Shown here: positions 14,139-23,289 of the stretch, piece by piece
Position numbering within the stretch: the first letter of the stretch is position 1
How the letters are laid out: each line of letters starts with the position of its first letter
From: Paludibacteraceae bacterium
GTDB taxonomy: Bacteria; Bacteroidota; Bacteroidia; Bacteroidales; Paludibacteraceae
Assembly (NCBI GenBank): GCA_045616185.1
Contig: JAZLGG010000003.1
Coordinates: 9,083 to 73,082, forward strand
Reading direction: 5' to 3'
Length of the DNA stretch: 64,000 nucleotides
Made by a program: the position numbers and the translations under genes
Notes under the pieces: model-generated
Database searches by the model: none
Seen by the model: the letters and a program-made list of their open reading frames with translations, nothing else
Told to the model about the DNA's origin: nothing

Positions 14139-17100
14139 ATGACATACCCGATAAATCAAAGCCAATTGGGCGTGTACTACGCCTGCCAATCGGACGGCAT
14201 AGGCGATTACGTCATCTACCGTCTGTTCCGTCTGGGCAAAGAGGTTGATAAAGACCGCCTGAGTCGCGCCATTGGACAAGCCGTGCATAACCATCCACAC
14301 CTCTTTGACACCATCGTTACCGACGAAGCCGGAGAGCCGGTTTGGAAGGTAGCGGAAAGTGCGAACGCGTTCGTTCAAAAAGAGTGGAAAGTGGAGGAAG
14401 TGAACAGCAGGGAGGCGTTGGAAAAAGATTGGGAGGAGAAAATGCCGATGGGATGCCGGCTGTTCAATATTCGGCTGATGGACACCGGCGAGGCGTTGCT
14501 GTGCCGCATTGCCATCCACCACATACTGGCCGACGGCATGTCATTCGGTATCCTATGCGACGACATCAGCCGCGCCTATAACGGCGAGCCGCTCGTTCCC
14601 GAATCGGTTGATGCACGCGCCCTGAACGTTGCGGAGGAAAAGAAACGGCAAAGTAAGGTCTATGCCGAAGAGAAAGCGTGGTACGAACAGACCTTCGGCG
14701 GGGTGGAGAGTGTGTCGCTGCCGTTGCGGGACTTGTATGCGGAAGGTGAGGAACATTACCAAACGGTATGGCGGGAAATGAGTGTCCGCCGCGAAGAAAT
14801 AAAAGAACTGTGCGCCGCTACGCAGACGGGTACGAGTATCCCGTTCACCGCCGCCTTTGCCCTGATGCTGCACGCTTTCACGGGTGACGAGCAGGTGTCG
14901 TACGCGTCGTTCTACCACGGGCGCGGAACAGGGTGTAAAGGAGTGGAGAACACAGTGACGATGGCGGTGCGGACGCTGCCGATGCTGAACGATTTGGTAC
15001 AAGTAAGGACTGTCGGGGAAATGATGCAGCAAACGGCACAAATAGTCAAGACCTTGCGCGAGAAAGACAGTGTCGGTTTTGGCGAGGTATGCGCCCTGAG
15101 CGGCATGAACAGCGAAGTGTCGTTCATTTATCAAGGCAGTATCATTGATTACACGCTGCATCTGGACGGCAAGGACTACCCGATGGAGGACATACGCAAG
15201 AACCGGCCCGGACTGAAGATAAGTGCCCAGATGATGGAGCATGACGGCGCATACAGGTTGCGTTTTGAATACCCCGCACACGAGTACAGCGAGTGCATGG
15301 TGAACGAGATGTTGGACACATACGACGAAGTACTGCGGCAGATGACAGGACGAGGTGCCGACCTTGCGCTGGCAGACCTGCACTATTGCACCGAACGGCA
15401 GACGGCCGAACTGGACGCATTCAACCGCCACGAAGACGACACCTTTGCCGAATGGGAGGGTGAGACGGTGCTGAGCCGGTTCCGACAGATAGTTGCACGT
15501 TACCCCAATCAGATAGCCGCCGTGTTCGGGGACAAAAAATTTACCTACCGTGAACTGGACCAATTGACTGACCGGATGGCGGAGAAAATAGTGGAGAGTG
15601 CGAACGCGTTCGTTCAAAAAGAGTGGAAAACGGAAAGCGGCAAGTTGCCGGTGGTGAGTATATTGATTCCGCGATGCGAACAGATGTTCATCGCGCCGCT
15701 TGCGGCGATGAAAACCGGATGCACCTATCAGCCGCTTGACCCGAGTTATCCGAAAGAGAGACTGAATTTCATGGTCAAAGACGCAGCGTGCCGGTTGCTG
15801 ATTACCACGGATGAACTGAGCGGACTGATAGACGAACCGGTGAAGAGGCTGGTGTATGATGGAACGTGGAGCGAAGGGAATAGCGGAATAGTGTGTGGAG
15901 GAATAAAGGCGGAAGATACAATGATTTTGTTGTACACGTCCGGTTCAACGGGCGTGCCCAAGGGGGTGATGCTCAGCCACAGAAACATACTGGCCTATAT
16001 TCATTGGTATATCAAACATTACAGCCTGAACAGCGAATCGCGCATAGCAGCCTACGCCAGTTTCGGCTTTGACGCCAACATGATGGACATGTATTCGGCG
16101 CTGCTGTCGGGCGGCACGCTGTACGTTATCCCTGAGGAGATACGGCTTGACCTGATGGCTTTAGGCGATTTCTTTGACCGCAACGGCATTACCTGTGCCT
16201 TCATGACAACGCAAGTGGGGCAGCAGATGATGGGCAACTACGACTCGCTCAAGACCTTGCAGCATTTGTCTATCGGCGGCGAAAAGATGATGTCTATGCC
16301 GTTGCCGACCGGTTACACGATGCACAATATATACGGTCCGACCGAATGTTCGGTGGCTATCACGGAAAAGACCGTGATCGAGAACGAGCCGAATATACCG
16401 ATAGGATGTCCGACAGAGACCACGCGGTTATATGTCGTTGACAGGTACCTGCACCGTTTGCCTATCGGTGCAGCCGGCGAACTGATAGCCTCGGGGCCGC
16501 AGGTGGGGCAGGGTTACCTCAACCGCCCCGACAAGACGGCAGAGGCGTTCATCCGCATAACGGTCAACGGCCAAGAGGAACGGTGTTACCGCACGGGTGA
16601 CATCGTGCGGTATCGCCCTAACGGAGACATCGAGTTCGTCGGACGAAAAGACGGCCAAGTCAAAATACGCGGTTTCCGCATCGAACTGAAAGAAGTGGAG
16701 GCGGTAATACGCGAATACGAGGGCATCAAAGATGTGACAGTGCAAGCCTTCGACTACCCCGACGGTGGCAAATATATCGCTGCATACATCGTGAGCGACA
16801 CAAAAACGGACATTTCGTCCCTAAACGATTTCATATTGGACCGCAAACCGCCGTATATGGTGCCGGCGGTAACGATGCAACTGGAGCACATCCCGCTGAA
16901 CGTCAATCAGAAAGTGGACAAGAAAGCATTACCCAAACCGCAGGTAGAAAGTAGTGCGTCCACCACGCCGTGTACGTTGCCGATGAACACTTTGGAGAAA
17001 AAACTGCACGAAATGATAGCCGGCATTGTCAAGAACGGAGATTTCGGTCTGGCCGACGTATTGGCGTTCTACGGATTGACTTCCATCTCGTGCATCAAAC

Positions 17101-20100
17101 TGGCGACCTTGCTGTACAAACAGTACGGTGTGATGATAGACGCCAAGACTTTTGTCAAGACGGGAACGCTGCGCGATATTGAGGAGGCGATATTGGAGAA
17201 ATGGATGGCAGGTGAGCCCGCTGCAACTGTCTCAGAAACGGAGCAGGCTGACGGACAAACCGGCGTGTGCGCACTGAGCAACGCGCAATTGGGCGTGTGC
17301 TACGAATGTATGAAGGACGAATCGGCTACGACATACAACGTGCCGATGGAGATTGTTTTTCCGGACTCGGTCCGTGCGGAAGATATCAAGAAAGCGGTGG
17401 AGCAGGCCGTTGTTCTGCATCCGTTATTACGAGCGCACTTGTGTCATGACGGCGGCGACATCGGTTTGACGACCGACACCGGACTGACAATTACATGCGA
17501 CATCGTACAGGAGCCGGTGGAGGAACTGAAGAAAACTTTTGTCCGTCCGTTCCGCCTGTTTGACGGTCCGTTGGTGCGTGCCGCCGTAACGGGGCATACG
17601 CTACTGTTGGATGCCCACCATTTGGTGATGGACGGCGGCTCGTTAAGTGTACTGATGCACGATGTATGCGATATACTGAACGGTCAACCGGTACAGCGCG
17701 AGGACTATGATTTCTTCCGCTATGTGCGTGACGAACAGCAGGCTGACACGACAGGACAAGAAGCATATTTTGAAAGCCAACTGAAGACAGTGGACGACTC
17801 GTCGTCTCTGCCGGAAGACCTGATGGGCAAAGAGCAGGAAGGTGTGATAGGCATCGTTTGGCAACCGCTTCCGATGGCGGAGATAGAGGCCTTCTGCCGT
17901 ACGCAAGGCATCACGCCGGCGGTGTTCTTCCTTGCCGCCACGGAGTATATGATAGCCCGCTACACCAATAGCCGCGACGTTCAACTGTGCACCATCTCTT
18001 CGGGGCGCAGCAACGTCAAGATAGCCAATACGGTGGGTATGTTCGTAAATACGCTGCCGCTGGTGGGGCATATAGACGACATCCGTGTGGCTGAGTTCCT
18101 GCAACGGGTAGGGGACAATTTCACCCGCACGCTGCAAAACGAGAACTATCCGTTTGCCAAGATAGCCGCCAAATACGGTACCCGTGCGGATATCGTGTAT
18201 GAATACCAAGTGGGCGTTGTGGACCGCTTTGAGGTGAGCGGCGCACCGGTAAGCGTGGACAGTTTCGGACTGGAGATTGCCAAGTTCAAGGCGGCGGTCA
18301 AGATTCAAGAACATGAAGGGCAAGTGTGCATCAAGATGCAATACAACGACGCCCTTTATTCGCGCGACTATATGGAGCGTTTTGCGGACTCGATGAAGGC
18401 CGTGTGTCTGCGTTTCATGGCTTCGCCGGACCAGCCGTTACGCAAGGTGTCCATTATGAGCCAAAAACAACAGGAGGAAGTGGCCAAACTGCACACGGTG
18501 GCTCAAGCGGATATACCCGTCCAGATTGTCTATCAGCCGCTGGAACGCTGGGCGGTGGAAACGCCGGACAAGACCGCTCTGATAGCAGTGGACGGCACCT
18601 ACACCTACCGCGAACTGAATGCACGTATCAACCGCATCGCGCATACACTGATAGCCAAGGGTGTCCGTCGTGGCGACCGCGTGGTGGTTCTGTTGCCGAG
18701 AACGAGTGCGGTGATATGTTGTCTCTACGGAGTAAGCAAGACGGGGGCTGCCTATATACCGTGCGACCCCGCCTATCCTGCCGACCGAATCAAACTGATT
18801 ACAGAGGATTCGGGTGCCAAATACGTCATTACCACGCAAGACAAAGCTGCCGAATACGGTGAGAAAGCCATTATAGCGGACGAACTGATGAACAACACGG
18901 CGGCGGATACCAATCCGAACACGGATGTCCAACCCGACGACACCGTCTATATGATATACACATCCGGCTCGACCGGACGGCCGAAAGGGGTTATTCTGCG
19001 TCACAAGGGCATTTGCAACCACAATACGGCTCACCCGTGCAACCGGCATATCTATACGGCGGCCACGGAGGGACACACGTTCCTTGCCGTGACGACCTTG
19101 TCGTTTGACATGTCGCTGAAGGAATACAGTGCGACGCTGTTCAACGGGCAGACGCTGGTGCTGGCCGGTGACGACCAGAGCAACAACCCGTTGGAACTGG
19201 CCAAACTGTTCCTTGCGACCGGTGCGGACGTGTTCAACGCGACGCCGTCGCGCCTGCTCAACTATATGGAGTCGGAAGATTTTTGTGAGGGGTTGCGCCG
19301 CTGTAAAGCCATCTATTCGGGTGGCGAACCTTATTCGGACCGTCTGTTGGACCGTCTGCACGGACTGACCAAAGCGCGTATCTTCAATACTTATGGCCCG
19401 ACGGAGACGACAGTGTCATGCAACGTAGCCGAACTGACGCATACCGACCGCATCTCTATCGGCGAGCCGCTGCTGAACGTCACAGAGTTTATCGTGGATA
19501 TTGACGGCAACGAACAGCCTGTGGGCGTCGTTGGCGAACTGTATATTGGCGGCGAAGGCGTCGGCAAGGGTTACAATAACCTGCCGGAACAGACGGCCGC
19601 ACGCTTTATCGAGTACCGCGGCATGCGCGTTTACCGTTCGGGCGACTATGCACGTTGGTTACCGGACGGCAAGGTGGTGACCCTGGGTCGCATGGACAAC
19701 CAAATCAAATTGCGCGGACTGCGTATCGAGTTGGGCGAGGTGGAAGCCGCGGTCAGCCGCTACCCGGGCATCAAACAGGTGACGGTGATGGTGCGGACGC
19801 TGAACGGCAAGGAGCATTTGGCGGCCTATTTTACTGCCGACCGCCCAATAGACGTTAACGAACTGAAGACCGAGGCAGGCAAGACCCTGACACCGTATAT
19901 GGTGCCGACCGCTTACCTGCAACTGGATGCGTTCCCCCTGACACCGAACGGCAAGACGGATATCAAACACCTGCCTGAACCGGTGATTGTGCAGACGTCC
20001 GGCGAATATGTGGCTCCTGCCAATCAGGCGGAAAAGGATTTCTGCGACATCTTCAAGAACGTGTTAGAACTGGACAAGGTGAGTGCCACGGAGTCGTTCT

Positions 20101-21506
20101 TTGAACTGGGCGGTACATCGTTGGTGGCAACGCGTGTGCTGATAGAGGCTACGCGGTTGGGCTATGCGTTGGCGTATGCGGACATCTTCAGTCATCCGTC
20201 GCCAAGGGAGTTGGCTATAGCGGCCGGCGGGGACACCCCACAACCGGCTGTGAATGATGCGGCAAGCGTAAAAAATGACGAGGGCAGTATCGTGAATCCA
20301 AAGAATGACGATGCCGTCAATAACTACGATTACACCGCCATCAACGACCTGCTGCAAAAGAACACGTTAGACTCGTTCCGCCAAGGCGAGTGTTTGCCCT
20401 TGGGCGATGTGCTGCTGACAGGTGCGACCGGTTATCTGGGAATACATATCTTCCGCGAACTGATGGAACATTATCCCGATACGAAGATACACTGTCTGTT
20501 GCGCCCCAAACGCGGTATATCCGCCGCAGAACGGTTGCGTCAGATGCTGTATTATTATTTTGAGACGAACTACGCCGAAGCGTTCGGCAGCCGCGTCTTT
20601 GTATATGAAGGCGACGTGACCGCCCCGATAAATGTGGATGTCCCTGTAGATACAGTCATCAACTGTGCCGCTATCGTCAAACATTTCAGTGAAGGCACGG
20701 AGATAGAGGATATCAATATCGGCGGAGTGAAGAACTGTATCGACTACTGCCTCAAGACGGGTGCGCGGTTCATTCAGACCAGTACCTGTTCCACGGGCGG
20801 TACCAGTATCAACGGATTCCCCGACCCGTCCATGCATTACAGTGAGCAGACCCATTACATGGGGCAGTGCCTGACGGGTAGCAAGTATGTCTATTCCAAG
20901 TTCCTGGCCGAGCGGATGACGTTGGAGGCTGTTATAGAGAAAGGGTTGGTAGCGAAGGTAGTCCGTTTGGGCAACTTGGCGGCACGTGCGCAGGACGGCG
21001 AGTTCCAAATCAATTTCCGCACCAACAGCGCGATGGGCAGGCTGCATATCTTCCAGATGTTAGGCCGGTGTGGCTATACACAGATGGCATCGCAGATGGA
21101 GTTCTCGCCGATAGACGAGGTGGCGCGCGCGGTAGTGCTGCTGGCTACCGCACCGAAGGAGTGCGTCATCTTCCATCCGTTCAACAACCACATAGTGCTG
21201 TTGGGCGATGTGATACAGGAGATGGCGAAAACACTGCATTCGCCGGTGGATTTTGTGGAAGACAATGTTTTCCAAGAGACACTGATGCAGGCCGGACAGG
21301 ACCCCGAAAAAGCCAAGATACTGCAATCGATGTTGGCGTACAAGGCAGCCGGCAAGGACGTTGTAGTTCCTTATACGAAATACAACCCCTACACTATACA
21401 GGTACTGGCGCGGCTCGGTTTCCGCTGGAACATGACATCGTGGGACTATGTGCAACGGTTTATCCGCGCTATATCGTCGTTGGACTTTTTCCAAGACCAT
21501 AGGTAA
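14139..21506 (+). CDS. bimodular non-ribosomal peptide synthetase with terminal thioester reductase (C-A-T-C-A-T-R)
   Basis: Track ORF 14085..21506(+). Start moved to ATG 14139 (MTYPINQSQLGVYY), 23 nt after a TAACTTTG box. Approximate domains: C1 14139-15420 (HHILADG 14517-14537); A1 15466-16940 (LLYTSGSTGVPKG 15927-15965, GRKDGQVKIRGFRIEL 16641-16688); T1 16975-17200 (Ser 17082-17084); C2 17271-18480 (HHLVMDG 17616-17636); A2 18520-19985 (MIYTSGSTGRPKG 18951-18989); T2 20000-20225 (GGTS, Ser 20118-20120); R 20400-21503 (GATGYLG 20421-20441, YVYSK 20886-20900). Confidence 0.95.
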   Translation: MTYPINQSQLGVYYACQSDGIGDYVIYRLFRLGKEVDKDRLSRAIGQAVHNHPHLFDTIVTDEAGEPVWKVAESANAFVQKEWKVEEVNSREALEKDWEEKMPMGCRLFNIRLMDTGEALLCRIAIHHILADGMSFGILCDDISRAYNGEPLVPESVDARALNVAEEKKRQSKVYAEEKAWYEQTFGGVESVSLPLRDLYAEGEEHYQTVWREMSVRREEIKELCAATQTGTSIPFTAAFALMLHAFTGDEQVSYASFYHGRGTGCKGVENTVTMAVRTLPMLNDLVQVRTVGEMMQQTAQIVKTLREKDSVGFGEVCALSGMNSEVSFIYQGSIIDYTLHLDGKDYPMEDIRKNRPGLKISAQMMEHDGAYRLRFEYPAHEYSECMVNEMLDTYDEVLRQMTGRGADLALADLHYCTERQTAELDAFNRHEDDTFAEWEGETVLSRFRQIVARYPNQIAAVFGDKKFTYRELDQLTDRMAEKIVESANAFVQKEWKTESGKLPVVSILIPRCEQMFIAPLAAMKTGCTYQPLDPSYPKERLNFMVKDAACRLLITTDELSGLIDEPVKRLVYDGTWSEGNSGIVCGGIKAEDTMILLYTSGSTGVPKGVMLSHRNILAYIHWYIKHYSLNSESRIAAYASFGFDANMMDMYSALLSGGTLYVIPEEIRLDLMALGDFFDRNGITCAFMTTQVGQQMMGNYDSLKTLQHLSIGGEKMMSMPLPTGYTMHNIYGPTECSVAITEKTVIENEPNIPIGCPTETTRLYVVDRYLHRLPIGAAGELIASGPQVGQGYLNRPDKTAEAFIRITVNGQEERCYRTGDIVRYRPNGDIEFVGRKDGQVKIRGFRIELKEVEAVIREYEGIKDVTVQAFDYPDGGKYIAAYIVSDTKTDISSLNDFILDRKPPYMVPAVTMQLEHIPLNVNQKVDKKALPKPQVESSASTTPCTLPMNTLEKKLHEMIAGIVKNGDFGLADVLAFYGLTSISCIKLATLLYKQYGVMIDAKTFVKTGTLRDIEEAILEKWMAGEPAATVSETEQADGQTGVCALSNAQLGVCYECMKDESATTYNVPMEIVFPDSVRAEDIKKAVEQAVVLHPLLRAHLCHDGGDIGLTTDTGLTITCDIVQEPVEELKKTFVRPFRLFDGPLVRAAVTGHTLLLDAHHLVMDGGSLSVLMHDVCDILNGQPVQREDYDFFRYVRDEQQADTTGQEAYFESQLKTVDDSSSLPEDLMGKEQEGVIGIVWQPLPMAEIEAFCRTQGITPAVFFLAATEYMIARYTNSRDVQLCTISSGRSNVKIANTVGMFVNTLPLVGHIDDIRVAEFLQRVGDNFTRTLQNENYPFAKIAAKYGTRADIVYEYQVGVVDRFEVSGAPVSVDSFGLEIAKFKAAVKIQEHEGQVCIKMQYNDALYSRDYMERFADSMKAVCLRFMASPDQPLRKVSIMSQKQQEEVAKLHTVAQADIPVQIVYQPLERWAVETPDKTALIAVDGTYTYRELNARINRIAHTLIAKGVRRGDRVVVLLPRTSAVICCLYGVSKTGAAYIPCDPAYPADRIKLITEDSGAKYVITTQDKAAEYGEKAIIADELMNNTAADTNPNTDVQPDDTVYMIYTSGSTGRPKGVILRHKGICNHNTAHPCNRHIYTAATEGHTFLAVTTLSFDMSLKEYSATLFNGQTLVLAGDDQSNNPLELAKLFLATGADVFNATPSRLLNYMESEDFCEGLRRCKAIYSGGEPYSDRLLDRLHGLTKARIFNTYGPTETTVSCNVAELTHTDRISIGEPLLNVTEFIVDIDGNEQPVGVVGELYIGGEGVGKGYNNLPEQTAARFIEYRGMRVYRSGDYARWLPDGKVVTLGRMDNQIKLRGLRIELGEVEAAVSRYPGIKQVTVMVRTLNGKEHLAAYFTADRPIDVNELKTEAGKTLTPYMVPTAYLQLDAFPLTPNGKTDIKHLPEPVIVQTSGEYVAPANQAEKDFCDIFKNVLELDKVSATESFFELGGTSLVATRVLIEATRLGYALAYADIFSHPSPRELAIAAGGDTPQPAVNDAASVKNDEGSIVNPKNDDAVNNYDYTAINDLLQKNTLDSFRQGECLPLGDVLLTGATGYLGIHIFRELMEHYPDTKIHCLLRPKRGISAAERLRQMLYYYFETNYAEAFGSRVFVYEGDVTAPINVDVPVDTVINCAAIVKHFSEGTEIEDINIGGVKNCIDYCLKTGARFIQTSTCSTGGTSINGFPDPSMHYSEQTHYMGQCLTGSKYVYSKFLAERMTLEAVIEKGLVAKVVRLGNLAARAQDGEFQINFRTNSAMGRLHIFQMLGRCGYTQMASQMEFSPIDEVARAVVLLATAPKECVIFHPFNNHIVLLGDVIQEMAKTLHSPVDFVEDNVFQETLMQAGQDPEKAKILQSMLAYKAAGKDVVVPYTKYNPYTIQVLARLGFRWNMTSWDYVQRFIRAISSLDFFQDHR
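14358..14390 (+). repeat. 33-nt exact intragenic repeat, copy 1 (in frame, encodes SANAFVQKEWK in NRPS domain C1)
   Basis: agtgcgaacgcgttcgttcaaaaagagtggaaa is identical to 15597-15629. Confidence 0.95.
15597..15629 (+). repeat. 33-nt exact intragenic repeat, copy 2 (in frame, between A1 core motifs A1 and A2)
   Basis: Identical to 14358-14390. The offset is 1239 nt (413 codons). Confidence 0.95.
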
Positions 21507-22222
21507 TGTATTTATTCTATACGCCTGACATACAGACTTGCCGGTGCTTGAGCGAAGAGGAATCGGGGCACTGCATACGCGTACTTCGCTACACACGCGG
21601 GGACGAAATCCTGCTGACGGACGGTCGTGGCGTGACCTACACGGCACGCATTACCAACCCGCACCCCAAACACTGCGAGTTTGAGGTGATAGCGTCCGAA
21701 CAACAGGTCCGCAATCGTTCGTTCCGTCTGCATCTGGCCGTGGCACCCCCCAAGAATATTGAACGGTTCGAATGGATGGTGGAGAAATGTACGGAAATAG
21801 GAGTAGATGAGATAACTCCGCTACTGTGCCGTTTTTCAGAGCGCAAACAACTGCGCACCGACCGGTTGGAGAAGATTATCCTCTCTGCCGCCAAACAGAG
21901 CCTGACGGCCTATTTGCCAAAATTGAACGAACTGACGGATTTTGACACGCTGGTACGCAACGCCGTGGAACAGGACAAGTTCATTGCGCATTGCTACAAG
22001 GAAGACAAACGGGTGTTGCGGGACGAGATAAGAACCGGGCACGACACGCTTATCCTTATCGGTCCCGAAGGCGATTTCAGCGAACAGGAGGTGCAGAATG
22101 CCCTGTCCGCCGGTTTTGTGCCGGTGTCGTTGGGAGATTCGCGATTGCGGACGGAAACAGCCGGCGTGGTGGCATGTCATACAGCGGTGCTGATGCAGTA
22201 TATAACGGAAAAAGGAGAATGA
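21506..22222 (+). CDS. rsmE: 16S rRNA (uracil1498-N3)-methyltransferase
   Basis: Whole track ORF. The ATG shares one base with the NRPS stop (TAATG). RsmE hallmarks: H..RVLR...GD, KCTEIGV, LILIGPEGDFS..E, LG.SRLRTETAG. Confidence 0.9.
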   Translation: MYLFYTPDIQTCRCLSEEESGHCIRVLRYTRGDEILLTDGRGVTYTARITNPHPKHCEFEVIASEQQVRNRSFRLHLAVAPPKNIERFEWMVEKCTEIGVDEITPLLCRFSERKQLRTDRLEKIILSAAKQSLTAYLPKLNELTDFDTLVRNAVEQDKFIAHCYKEDKRVLRDEIRTGHDTLILIGPEGDFSEQEVQNALSAGFVPVSLGDSRLRTETAGVVACHTAVLMQYITEKGE

Positions 22223-22932
22223 TGGACGAACTGATTACTTTGGACCAACAGTGGCTGCTGGCTGTCAACGGGTGGCATGCGCCGTGGGCAGACAGTCTGA
22301 TGTGGATTATATCCGGCAAGGCGACTTGGCTGCCGTTGTACGCGTTGTTAGCAGTGTTGTTAGTGTGGCGGTTTCACGGACAAATGCGGGGAGTGTGCCG
22401 GCGTGCTTGTTCCAAGAGAGCGGAGAGTTGTGAATGGCTGTGGGTGCTGTTGGCTGTGGGTGCTGCGGCGGGATTGAGCGACTGGGTGTCCTCCGGTCTC
22501 ATCAAACATTGGGTCTGCCGTCCGAGGCCGACCCACGAACCGGCATTGGAAGGACTGGTGCATATTGTGAACGGCTATACGGGCGGACAATACGGCTTCG
22601 TCAGTTCGCATGCGGCGGACACAATGGCATGCGCGTTGCTGTTTGCATTGGTTTATACACGGCGTTTACGCGCACTCGGCGTCAACCGTTGCGCGTTGCG
22701 GGTAGGATGCGTGTGGGGAGGATTGATGTTGTGGGTTGCGATGAACTGCTACAGCCGGATGTATTTAGGGGTTCATTACCCTGGCGACATTTTGGGCGGC
22801 CTTACGGTCGGCTCTCTGGTAGCGGTGGCGGTGTACCTTGGTCTTCGGGCCTTGGCGGCATGTTGCGGTAGTGCGGCGGGGCCGGCGGCATTGCGCCCAA
22901 AGGCTGCTGCGGGCGATGCGGTTCGGAACTGA
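22219..22932 (+). CDS. PAP2-superfamily membrane phosphatase
   Basis: Track ORF 21991..22932(+). Start at MMDELITLD (ATG 22219), an ATGA overlap with the rsmE stop. PAP2 motifs KHWVCRPRP, SSHAAD, SRMYLGVHYPGD. Confidence 0.8.
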   Translation: MMDELITLDQQWLLAVNGWHAPWADSLMWIISGKATWLPLYALLAVLLVWRFHGQMRGVCRRACSKRAESCEWLWVLLAVGAAAGLSDWVSSGLIKHWVCRPRPTHEPALEGLVHIVNGYTGGQYGFVSSHAADTMACALLFALVYTRRLRALGVNRCALRVGCVWGGLMLWVAMNCYSRMYLGVHYPGDILGGLTVGSLVAVAVYLGLRALAACCGSAAGPAALRPKAAAGDAVRN

Positions 22933-23245
22933 TTTGTTTGTTCATGAACCGGTTGTACTGCTCCGGCGTGAGAATACCTTGTAACTCCTCCACGATGGCG
23001 TTCATGCGCTGCAACTCCTCCAATCGGGTGTTGCTTTGCAGGCGCTGGCGGGCGTATTTGAGGTGCATGCGGTAGAGAGTGTCCCTGACGGTTTCATTGG
23101 TAATGCCGATCTCGCGGACAATTCGCTCCGTTTGTTTGAGGGCTTCCTCTTCGGGAGTGCGTTGCGGAGAAGACGAAGGATGCTGGGCATATAAACAGCA
23201 GCAGGACAAAAGGAAGAGAAAAAAGAGTGGGGAACGTAATGACAT
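22802..23245 (-). CDS. secreted periplasmic protein with LTxxQ (Spy/CpxP-like) motif and Pro-rich tail
   Basis: Whole track ORF. Signal peptide MSLRSPLFFLFLLSCCCLYAQ; ILTPEQYNRF motif. The 3' 131 nt overlap the convergent PAP2 gene, so one of the two tails may be over-called. Confidence 0.55.
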   Translation of the reverse strand: MSLRSPLFFLFLLSCCCLYAQHPSSSPQRTPEEEALKQTERIVREIGITNETVRDTLYRMHLKYARQRLQSNTRLEELQRMNAIVEELQGILTPEQYNRFMNKQISSEPHRPQQPLGAMPPAPPHYRNMPPRPEDQGTPPPLPESRP

Positions 23246-23289
23246 ATTCAGTTATGAATTTTGAATCCATAAAATAAGCAACAAAAAAT

